Of a stretch of DNA of 64,000 nucleotides, positions 20,382-29,195 are shown one piece after another. The position numbers were made by a program, and so were the translations under genes. The notes beneath the pieces are model-generated. The model searched no databases. It was given only the letters and a program-made list of their open reading frames with translations, and had not been told where the DNA came from. Source of the stretch: Solirubrobacterales bacterium. GTDB lineage: Bacteria > Actinomycetota > Thermoleophilia > Solirubrobacterales > Solirubrobacteraceae. The DNA is taken from the NCBI GenBank assembly GCA_038233375.1, contig JBBSMC010000005.1, forward strand, positions 2,296 through 66,295, given 5' to 3'. Position 1 is the stretch's first letter. Each line of letters begins with the position of its first letter.

Positions 20382-20729
20382 TCATGCCGGCGGATCGCCC
20401 GGCGCGCCGGCGACGGGTGCGTCGGCCGGACGCCCGAGGATGTTGCGCCACTCCCCGGGCCCCTGCTGGGGCGGATGGGCCTCGAGCCAGCCCGGCGCCG
20501 CCGCGCTGGCGACGCGCGCGATCTCGGCGTGGCTCGCGTCGGCGGCCGGCTGGGCTATGACGCCGAGCCCGACGAGCTGGCGCACGATCGCCCGCAGCGG
20601 CGCGTGCGCGTGGCACCACGGCTCCGGGAACGGGTCGCCCGGCTTGGCGGCCGCGACCCACTCGACGAGCAGGCGGTCGCTGAGCATGATCCGCTCGGGC
20701 GGGGCCGGGATGCCGCTGGCGTCGCTCAT
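20382..20729 (-). CDS. Hypothetical protein (115 aa)
   Basis: Its ATG overlaps the stop of the upstream SDR gene (ATGA). GC3 is high and no motif was recognised. Confidence 0.45.
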   Translation of the reverse strand: MSDASGIPAPPERIMLSDRLLVEWVAAAKPGDPFPEPWCHAHAPLRAIVRQLVGLGVIAQPAADASHAEIARVASAAAPGWLEAHPPQQGPGEWRNILGRPADAPVAGAPGDPPA

Positions 20730-21415
20730 GTCGGCTGGCTCACCGGCCGGATGAGGATCTCGTTGACGTCGACGTGGGGCGGCTGAGACACCGCGAACAT
20801 GATCGCACGGGCGATGTCGCCGGGCTCGAGGGCGTTGCTGGGGCGATCGTCGAAGAACGGCGTGTCGACCATGCCGGGCTCGATCGAGGTCACGCGCACG
20901 CCGCTGTCGTCGAGGTCCTGGCGCGCGGACTCGGCCATCGCCGTGACGGCGTGCTTCGTCGCGCTGTACAGCGAGCCGGGCAGCGCGCGGCGCCCGGCGA
21001 CCGAGCTGGTCAGCAGCAGGTGCCCGACCGACTCCTCGAGCGACGGGATCGTCGCGCGAATCGTGTAGGCGCAGCCGAGCACGTTCGTGAGCACCATGTC
21101 GCGCCACTGCTCCGGGCTCTCGTTGAGGAAGCCGCGCGCCGCTCCGAAGCCGGCGTTGGCGAACGCGACGTCGATGCGCCCGAAGGCGTCCAGTGCGGCC
21201 TGCACCATCGCCTCCTGCTGGGCGAAGTCGGTGACGTCGCAGGTGACGGCGATCGCCCGCTCGCCACCGCCGAGCTCCTCGGCGAGCGACTCGAGCTTGT
21301 CGGTCGAGCGGGCGGCCAGCACGAGGCGGTGGCCGGCGGACGCGGCCAGGCGCGCCGTGGCGGCGCCGATGCCGCTCGAGGCGCCGGTGATCAGGAAGAC
21401 GGGGTCGTCGGCCAT
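20726..21415 (-). CDS. Short-chain dehydrogenase/reductase
   Basis: Cofactor motif TGASSGIG near the N-terminus, NAG, and catalytic YSATK (YxxxK). The start is taken at the internal ATG MADDPVFLITG. Confidence 0.85.
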   Translation of the reverse strand: MADDPVFLITGASSGIGAATARLAASAGHRLVLAARSTDKLESLAEELGGGERAIAVTCDVTDFAQQEAMVQAALDAFGRIDVAFANAGFGAARGFLNESPEQWRDMVLTNVLGCAYTIRATIPSLEESVGHLLLTSSVAGRRALPGSLYSATKHAVTAMAESARQDLDDSGVRVTSIEPGMVDTPFFDDRPSNALEPGDIARAIMFAVSQPPHVDVNEILIRPVSQPT

Positions 21416-21485
21416 GGTTCTCCTTGATGGTGATCGGGGCGAGGGTCCGGCCGCTGACCGGTGACCCCCTAACGTTGGCAGGGAC

Positions 21486-22784
21486 ATGCTCTACGACAAG
21501 GCGCGCATCAACGTGGTGGCAGGCGGCGGCGGCGACGGCTGCCTGAGCTTCCGCCGTGAGGCTCATGTCCCGCACGGCGGCCCCGACGGCGGCGACGGCG
21601 GGCACGGCGGCGACGTCGTGCTCGTCTGCGACGACTCGCTGCGCGACCTGCAGTCCTTCAAGCGCAGCGTGCACTACAAGGCCAGGCGGGCCGGCCACGG
21701 CGAGGGCGCGCTGCGCCACGGCGCCGACGGCCCGCCGCTGGAGGTACACGTCCCGCCCGGGACGCAGGTGGCCTCCTGGGACGGCAGCACGCACGACCTC
21801 GTCGTACCCGGTCAGCAGGTCGTCGTCGCCCGCGGTGGCTCCGGCGGGCGCGGCAACAAGAAGTTCGCTTCGTCGACGACGCAGGCGCCGCGCATGCGCG
21901 AGCGCGGCCTTCCCGGCGAGGAGGGCTGGATCGACCTGCGCCTGAAGTTGCTCGCCGATGTCGGTCTCGTCGGCCTGCCCAATGCCGGCAAGTCCTCGCT
22001 GCTGACGCGCATGACGCGCGCCGCGCCGAAGGTCGCCGCGTACCCGTTCACGACGCTCGAGCCGGTGCTGGGCACGCTCGACGGCCCCGACCGCCAGCTC
22101 ATCATCGCCGACATCCCGGGGCTCATCGAGGGCGCCAGCGACGGCGCCGGCCTCGGCCACGACTTCCTCGCCCACGTCGAGCGCACGCGCCTGCTCGTGC
22201 ACGTCCTGGACCTCGAACCGCTCGACGGCTCGGACCCGCTGACCAACCACGCGACGATCGAGGCCGAGCTGCGCGCCCACGACCGGCGGCTGGCCGCGCT
22301 GCCGCGGCTGCTGGCGCTCTCCAAGGCCGACCTCGTTCCGGCGCAGGAGGCCGAGCAGGCGGCGGCGCAGTGGCGCGAGCGCCTCGGCGACGAGGTGCCG
22401 GTGCTGATCACCTCGTCGGCGACCGGCCAGGGCACCGACAAGCTGGCGCTCGAGTTGCTGCGCCGCGTGCCGCGGGTGGGCACCGTGGCGCCCGGCGACA
22501 CTGTCGCGCTGGAGGACGCACCGGCCGTCGAGCACCGCGTCTTCCGGCCCGCGGCGAACCGCGGCTTCCGCATCGAGCGCGTCGCCGACGGCGTCTTCCG
22601 CGTCGAGGGCGACGGCGTCGAGCGGCTGCTCATGCGCCACGATCTCGACAACGACGAGTCGCTCGCCCACGTCGAGGGGCGGCTGCGCAAGATGGGCGTC
22701 ATCGGGGCGCTCGAGGCGCAGGGCTTCGAGCCCGGCGACGACGTCGAGATCGCCGGCGTCGTGTTCGAGCTGCACCCGGGTTAG
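21486..22784 (+). CDS. obg: GTPase Obg/CgtA
   Basis: Gly-rich Obg fold (GGDGGHGGDV), G1 motif GLPNAGKSS and G3 motif DIPGLIEGA. Confidence 0.95.
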   Translation: MLYDKARINVVAGGGGDGCLSFRREAHVPHGGPDGGDGGHGGDVVLVCDDSLRDLQSFKRSVHYKARRAGHGEGALRHGADGPPLEVHVPPGTQVASWDGSTHDLVVPGQQVVVARGGSGGRGNKKFASSTTQAPRMRERGLPGEEGWIDLRLKLLADVGLVGLPNAGKSSLLTRMTRAAPKVAAYPFTTLEPVLGTLDGPDRQLIIADIPGLIEGASDGAGLGHDFLAHVERTRLLVHVLDLEPLDGSDPLTNHATIEAELRAHDRRLAALPRLLALSKADLVPAQEAEQAAAQWRERLGDEVPVLITSSATGQGTDKLALELLRRVPRVGTVAPGDTVALEDAPAVEHRVFRPAANRGFRIERVADGVFRVEGDGVERLLMRHDLDNDESLAHVEGRLRKMGVIGALEAQGFEPGDDVEIAGVVFELHPG

Positions 22785-22942
22785 CCGCGCCGGCCCACCA
22801 CCGGCGCAACCTTCGCGCCCGAGCAGGTGTTCTGGCAGGCGAGCGGGAACTGAAAACAGGGGAGGTCGATGTGCGGCGAGGCAGCAGCAGGTGGGCGACG
22901 GCGGGGACACGACGACGCGTGACCCATTACGGTTGCGCGCCG

Positions 22943-24589
22943 ATGAGCCTTCGCAGACTTTCAGCCCTCACCGTCCTGCTCGCCTGCCTGTGCGTACCGG
23001 CAGCGGCGCAGGCCTCACCTGACCAAGCGTCGATCATGATGGACGACGACCAGCTGCTGTACCGCGACAACGTCACCCAGACGCGCACGCTCGTGACGAT
23101 GCGCTCGATGGGCGTCGACGCGGTGCGCGCGACCGTGCTCTGGCGGATCGTCGCCGAGGGCGCCGATCTGACCAACAAGGAGATCGAGCGCATCAAGGGC
23201 GCGAAGAACCGCGACAAGGCGCGCGCCCAGCGCGCGCGGTTCAAGCCGACCAACCCGCGCACGTATCCGACCCGCAACTGGGATCGCTACGACAACCTCG
23301 TCAAGGAGGCCACGCGGCTGGGCATGCGCGTGTTCTTCACGATCACCGGCCCGGGACCGAGCTACGCGCACAAGATCGCGCCGTCCAACCAGCGCCGGAA
23401 CGCCGGCACCTACCGGCCCTACCCGTCGCGCTTTCGCAGCTTCGTCGAGGCGATCGGCAAGCGCTACTCGGGCACGTACAAGGACGAGAACGCGATCCGC
23501 AAGATCCTGCCGCGCGTCTCGCTGTGGTCGCTGTGGAACGAGCCCAACCAGCCCGGCTGGCTGTCGCCGCAGTGGGAGAAGGTCGGCGGCGTCAACACGC
23601 CCATCGCCCCGATGCTCTACCGCCAGCTGCACCAGGCCGGCGTGCAGGGCCTCGAGCGCTCCGGCCATGGCAACGACCCGATCCTGCTCGGCGAGCTCGC
23701 CCCGCTCGGCTCGGACAAGACCGGCCCGACCAACGGTCTGCGCCCGGTCCCGTTCCTGCGCGAGATGGTCTGCCTGAAGGCCGACGGCACGCCGTACGAT
23801 GGCGCCGACGCGGCCCGCCGGCGCTGCCAGGACTTCGTCAGGAACCCGACGTTGAAGGCGACCGGGTTCGCGCACCACCCGTACACGAAGAAGACCGCGC
23901 CGACGGTGGCCCCGAAGAACCCCGACGAGATCACGATCGCCAACATCGGCACGCTCGGGCCGATCCTCGACACGCTCGCCGCGCAGTCGGGTGGCAAGAT
24001 CGCGGCCGGCCTGCCGATCTTCCTGACGGAGTTCGGTTACGAGAGCGAGCCCGACCCCCGCAACGGCATCCCGCTCATGCGTCAGGCGCAGTTCAACCAG
24101 CTCGCCGAGTTCCTCGCCTTCAACGACCCGCGCGTGGCGGCGACGACACAGTTCCTGCTCAAGGACGCCCCGCCGCTGCGGCGCTCTCCGGTCACCCGCA
24201 AGGCCTACAAGGTCGGCTCGCGGGAGTACTGGTTCACGTACCAGTCCGGCTTGTACAACACGCGCAACCGGGCCAAGCCGGCGGCCTTCGCCTATTCGTT
24301 CCCGCTCGTCGTCTTTCCCGCGGGCGCGGGAACGGTCGGCTTCTGGGGGCAGGCGCGGTTCCGGCCCAACGCGGGCACCGACACGATCCTCTTCTTGTGG
24401 AGGCCCGACCCGAAGTCGCCCTGGCAGCAGCTCACCGAGCTGGTGACCGAGAACCCGCGCAACTTCTTCACCGGCTCGGCGCCCATCCCGGGTCCCGGCG
24501 GTGAGTACGCCGCGGCCTACTACGTGCCGGCGACGGAGACCACCGCGCCGAAGATCGGCGCCTACTCCCTGCCGACGAAGCTGGGGTAG
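22943..24589 (+). CDS. Secreted clan GH-A (GH5-like) glycoside hydrolase-like protein
   Basis: Signal peptide MSLRRLSALTVLLACLCVPAAAQA. LWNEPN is an acid/base-type motif and FLTEFGYE is a nucleophile-type motif. The start is an internal ATG of ORF 22370..24589. Confidence 0.65.
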   Translation: MSLRRLSALTVLLACLCVPAAAQASPDQASIMMDDDQLLYRDNVTQTRTLVTMRSMGVDAVRATVLWRIVAEGADLTNKEIERIKGAKNRDKARAQRARFKPTNPRTYPTRNWDRYDNLVKEATRLGMRVFFTITGPGPSYAHKIAPSNQRRNAGTYRPYPSRFRSFVEAIGKRYSGTYKDENAIRKILPRVSLWSLWNEPNQPGWLSPQWEKVGGVNTPIAPMLYRQLHQAGVQGLERSGHGNDPILLGELAPLGSDKTGPTNGLRPVPFLREMVCLKADGTPYDGADAARRRCQDFVRNPTLKATGFAHHPYTKKTAPTVAPKNPDEITIANIGTLGPILDTLAAQSGGKIAAGLPIFLTEFGYESEPDPRNGIPLMRQAQFNQLAEFLAFNDPRVAATTQFLLKDAPPLRRSPVTRKAYKVGSREYWFTYQSGLYNTRNRAKPAAFAYSFPLVVFPAGAGTVGFWGQARFRPNAGTDTILFLWRPDPKSPWQQLTELVTENPRNFFTGSAPIPGPGGEYAAAYYVPATETTAPKIGAYSLPTKLG

Positions 24590-24638
24590 ACCGCCACGAC
24601 GGGGCGCAGCGGCCATGCGCGCGTAAGCTCAAGCGCGC

Positions 24639-25766
24639 ATGGCCCGCTATGTCATCAAGCTCGGTTCAAGCATCGTCGCGCAGGACGACGGCGAGCTGCG
24701 CGCCGACGTCATCGAGCGCATCTGCGCCGAGGCCGCGGCGCGCCATGAGGCCGGCCACGACGTCGTGCTCGTCACGAGCGGGGCGATCGCGCGCGGCATG
24801 CGCGTGATGGGCCTGGCGGTCCGTCCAATCCGTCCAGTCCGTCCAATCCGTCCAATCCGTCCGCGGGCGATCGAGGACCTGCAGGCGGCCAGCGCCGTGG
24901 GCCAGGGCAAGCTCTACCGCGTCTACGACGAGCTGCTGCGCGAGCACGGCATCACGTCGGCGCAGGTGCTGCTGACGTTCTTCGACATGAGCGCCCGCAC
25001 GCACTACCTCAACGCGCGCGGCACGCTGGCCAAGCTGCTCGAGTGGCGGGTGCTGCCGGTCATCAACGAGAACGACACGACGACGACCGACGAGATCTCC
25101 TTCGGCGACAACGACTTCCTGGCCGCTCAGGTCGCGATGCTCGTCGGCGCCGACCTGCTCGTGCTGCTGACCGACGTCGACGGCCTCTTCACCGCCAGCC
25201 CGCGCACCGACCCGGACGCGCGCCTGGTCTCGTCGGTGACGGACTTCGCCGCGCTGGCAGACCTGGCGATCGGCCATACGACCTCGCCGCTGGGCACCGG
25301 GGGGATGCGCTCGAAGGTCGTCGCGGCCGAGATGGCGACCGCCGGCGGCATCGAGACGGTGATCTGCAGCGGGCTGCGCGAGGGGGCGCTGAGCGCCGTG
25401 CTCGACGGCGAGCCGGAGGGCACCCGCTTCGGCGCCGGCGAGGCGCGCTACTCGTCGTTCAAGCTCTGGCTGCGCTACGCCAAGCCGGCCCGCGGCACCG
25501 TGGTCGTCGATGCCGGCGCGGCGCGGGCGCTGCGCGACGGCGGCACGTCGCTGCTGCCGGTCGGGATCACCGAGGTGCGCGGGGCCTTCGACGCCGGTGA
25601 CGCCGTGCAGGTCGCGCACGGGGCGATCGTCATCGGCAAGGGGATCTGCAACTACGCCGCCGACGAGCTCGGCAAGGTCATGGGGATGAAGTCCGCCGCG
25701 GTGCGCGAGGTCGTGCCGCGCGCAACCGACGAGGCGATCCACCGCGACTACTTCGTGCTGAGCTGA
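24639..25766 (+). CDS. proB: Glutamate 5-kinase with a PUA domain
   Basis: Contains VIKLGSS, VLVTSGAI, INENDT and a C-terminal PUA-like segment. It lies upstream of proA. Confidence 0.95.
   Translation: MARYVIKLGSSIVAQDDGELRADVIERICAEAAARHEAGHDVVLVTSGAIARGMRVMGLAVRPIRPVRPIRPIRPRAIEDLQAASAVGQGKLYRVYDELLREHGITSAQVLLTFFDMSARTHYLNARGTLAKLLEWRVLPVINENDTTTTDEISFGDNDFLAAQVAMLVGADLLVLLTDVDGLFTASPRTDPDARLVSSVTDFAALADLAIGHTTSPLGTGGMRSKVVAAEMATAGGIETVICSGLREGALSAVLDGEPEGTRFGAGEARYSSFKLWLRYAKPARGTVVVDAGAARALRDGGTSLLPVGITEVRGAFDAGDAVQVAHGAIVIGKGICNYAADELGKVMGMKSAAVREVVPRATDEAIHRDYFVLS
24822..24863 (+). repeat. In-frame 9-bp tandem repeat (CGTCCAATC, about 4.7 copies) inside proB
   Basis: Read directly. 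It encodes RPI-RPV-RPI-RPI-RP. Confidence 0.9.
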
Positions 25767-25783
25767 CGCCGTAACCTTCGTCC

Positions 25784-27061
<1,278 letters not shown>

Positions 27062-27077
27062 GATAACACCGCGGCGC

Positions 27078-27677
27078 GTGGCCCGGATCGGGATCCTCGG
27101 CGGCTCGTTCAACCCGCCCCACCTCGCTCATCTCGTCTGCGCCTCGGAGGCCGCGGCGCAGCTGTCGCTGGACCGCGTGCTGCTTACGCCGGTCGCGGCG
27201 CCCCCGCACAAGGAGGCCGAGCAGGACCCGGGCCCCGAGGTGCGCCTGGAGCTCTGCCGCCTGGCGATCGAGGGTGACGAGCGGCTCGGCATCTGCGATC
27301 TCGAGCTGCGGCGGGGCGGTCCGTCGTACACGGTCGATACCCTGAGGGAGCTTCATGCGCGTACGCCGGAGGACCACCTGACCTTCATCGTCGGGGGCGA
27401 CATCGCCCTCGGACTCCCGAGCTGGCACGAGCCGGAGGCGGTGCTCGGCCTGGCGCGGCTGGCGGTCGCGGATCGGTCGGGGACCGATCGCCAGGACATC
27501 GCAGGGCGGCTGGCGCAGCGGTTCGGAGCGCAAGCGGCCGCAGTCTTCTTCGACATGCCGCGGTTGGACATCTCGTCGTCGCAGATCCGGCGCCGCGTGG
27601 CGCAGGGGGAACCCATTCGCTATCTCGTACCCGATCGTGTTGCCGAGCGGATCGCTCGGGGAAGGCTCTATCGATGA
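27078..27677 (+). CDS. nadD: Nicotinate-nucleotide adenylyltransferase
   Basis: GILGGSFNPPHLAHL (the H/TxxH nucleotidyltransferase motif). Confidence 0.9.
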   Translation: MARIGILGGSFNPPHLAHLVCASEAAAQLSLDRVLLTPVAAPPHKEAEQDPGPEVRLELCRLAIEGDERLGICDLELRRGGPSYTVDTLRELHARTPEDHLTFIVGGDIALGLPSWHEPEAVLGLARLAVADRSGTDRQDIAGRLAQRFGAQAAAVFFDMPRLDISSSQIRRRVAQGEPIRYLVPDRVAERIARGRLYR

Positions 27678-28030
27678 CCCCAGACCAGCTCGCAGAGACG
27701 ATCGCCGCACAGGCGGCGGACAAGAAGGCGATCGACGTCGTCGAGCTCGACGTGCGCGGCGTCGTGAACTACACGGACTTCTTCCTCGTCTGCTCGGGCA
27801 ACACGTCGCGCCAGGTCAAGGCGATCCACGACGCCATCCACCAGGCGCTCAAGGACGACCACGGGCTTCTGCCGCGCCGCGTCGAGGGCCAGACCGAGGC
27901 GACCTGGATCCTGATGGACTACCTCGATGTCGTGGTGCACATCTTCACCCCCGAGGCACGTGACTTCTATCGCCTCGAGCAGCTCTGGGGCGAGGTGCCC
28001 GCGCGGGCGATGGAGCCGGCCCAGGCTTGA
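27674..28030 (+). CDS. rsfS: Ribosome silencing factor
   Basis: Its start overlaps the nadD stop. 118 aa, with the WILMDYLDVVVHIF motif typical of RsfS/IojAP. Confidence 0.9.
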   Translation: MTPDQLAETIAAQAADKKAIDVVELDVRGVVNYTDFFLVCSGNTSRQVKAIHDAIHQALKDDHGLLPRRVEGQTEATWILMDYLDVVVHIFTPEARDFYRLEQLWGEVPARAMEPAQA

Positions 28031-28252
28031 GCCGGCGGGTGCCGCGGGCGAGGGCGAGCGCCTGCGCGACGATGCCCAGATCCTCGGCGAGCATCTCGCG
28101 CTGAGCCTGACGCGCCTCGCCGTCGCGGCCGCGCAGGATAGGGGATGGATCGTGGCGACGAACAGCGGGTCGTCGGCCATGCCGCGGGAGTTCCCGCTGC
28201 GCCGCGCCGGCAAGCCTGGAACACAGGCATCACCGATACGCGGACGCGGGAG

Positions 28253-28325
28253 TGGAGCTGAGGGGGATCGAACCCCTGACCTTTCGGCTGCCAGCCGAAC
28301 GCTCTCCCAGCTGAGCTACAGCCCC
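28253..28325 (-). tRNA. tRNA-Ala (anticodon GGC)
   Basis: The reverse complement is GGGGCTGTAGCTCAGCTGGGAGAGCGTTCGGCTGGCAGCCGAAAGGTCAGGGGTTCGATCCCCCTCAGCTCCA. It folds as a cloverleaf by eye and has the G3:U70 alanine identity pair. CCA is not encoded. Confidence 0.9.
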
Positions 28326-28375
28326 AAGCGGGTAATCGCGGGCCATCTTAACACCGCGTGCCGGGCGGCACGGCC

Positions 28376-29116
28376 TCAGCGCGGGCGGCGCGGGATGAAC
28401 TCCGGGATCTCGGGCTCCGGCGACGACGACGACGAGGGCGACGACGAGGACTGCACGTCGCGATCCAGGCGCTCGACGGACCCCCCGCGATCGGGGTCGA
28501 CGCGGTCCAGCCGCGCCGTCATCTCGGCGTGGGCGGCGCGGATGTCGAGCAGGAGGCGCTCGGCGTTGGCGCGCAGCGAGTCCGACAGCTCGCGCAGGTG
28601 GCCGCTCAGCGTCTCGCCGTCGCGCAGCACCTCGCGCGTGGCCAGGCGCGCATCGTAGAGCAGCTCGCGGGCGCCCTTGGCGGCCTTGTCCTGCGCCTCG
28701 CGCGCGGCGGCCTCGGCCTCGGCGCGGGCGTCCTGCGCGGCGATCTCGGCCTCGTCGAGCGCCTCGCGCGCGGCGGCCTCGGCCTCGGCGCGCATCTCGC
28801 CCGCGGCAGCCTCGGCGGCCTCGACGGCCTCGCGCGCGGCGGCCTCGGCCTCGGCGCGCATCTCGCCCGCGGCAGCCTCGGCGGCCTCGACGGCCTCGCG
28901 CGCTTTTGCCTCGGCGAGCGCGCGCACATCGGCGGCCGCCTCGTCGGCCGCGCGCACGCGCAGCTCCCCGGCCCGCTCGGCCTCGGCGATCCGTTCGTTC
29001 GCACGCGCCTCGGCGGCGGCGCGCAGCTCCTCGGCGGTGCGCTCCGCGGCCTTGACGATCTGCTCGACGTGACGTGCAGCGGACCCGGCACCATTGGAGT
29101 CTCGCTGCTGCGACAT
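28376..29116 (-). CDS. Ala/Glu-rich coiled-coil protein with internal tandem repeats and a Ser-rich, Pro-containing tail
   Basis: 246-aa ORF with AEAEAAAREA-type heptad-like periodicity. It is divergent from priA, and its function is unknown. Confidence 0.6.
   Translation of the reverse strand: MSQQRDSNGAGSAARHVEQIVKAAERTAEELRAAAEARANERIAEAERAGELRVRAADEAAADVRALAEAKAREAVEAAEAAAGEMRAEAEAAAREAVEAAEAAAGEMRAEAEAAAREALDEAEIAAQDARAEAEAAAREAQDKAAKGARELLYDARLATREVLRDGETLSGHLRELSDSLRANAERLLLDIRAAHAEMTARLDRVDPDRGGSVERLDRDVQSSSSPSSSSSPEPEIPEFIPRRPR
28761..28892. repeat. Exact 66-bp tandem duplication (two copies, with a third starting) inside the coiled-coil gene
   Basis: Units at 28761-28826 and 28827-28892 are identical by eye. 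Each encodes 22 aa. Confidence 0.85.
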
Positions 29117-29195
29117 GACCGAGGATGGTAGGCAGGCGCGCGCGTGGGCGGCGCAAGACCGCCACCACCGCCGCCCGCCGCGTCATCCTAGATCC

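Noticed and set aside
20382-22910. Very long antisense or off-frame ORFs. Examples are the 842-aa ORF at 20382..22910 (-), the 837-aa ORF at 53726..56239 (-) opposite recG, 17663..19405 (-) opposite rne, and 38361..40262 (+). Many Arg/Ala/Pro/Gly-rich ORFs occur throughout.
   Set aside because: They are shadow frames typical of roughly 70% GC DNA. Their compositions are biased (R, A, G, P) with no motifs, and each overlaps a gene with clear family signatures on the other strand or frame. Only the 3' 348 nt of 20382..22910 was kept as a separate small gene.
28031-28252. A possible decayed SDR gene fragment on the minus strand next to tRNA-Ala. MADDPLFVATIHPLSCAAATARR resembles the N-terminus MADDPVFLITGASSGIGAATARL of the SDR at 20726..21415.
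   Set aside because: Only about 12 of 26 residues match, the Gly-rich cofactor motif is destroyed, and the similarity fades after about 80 nt. It could be a pseudogene remnant, but I cannot support that without an alignment statistic.
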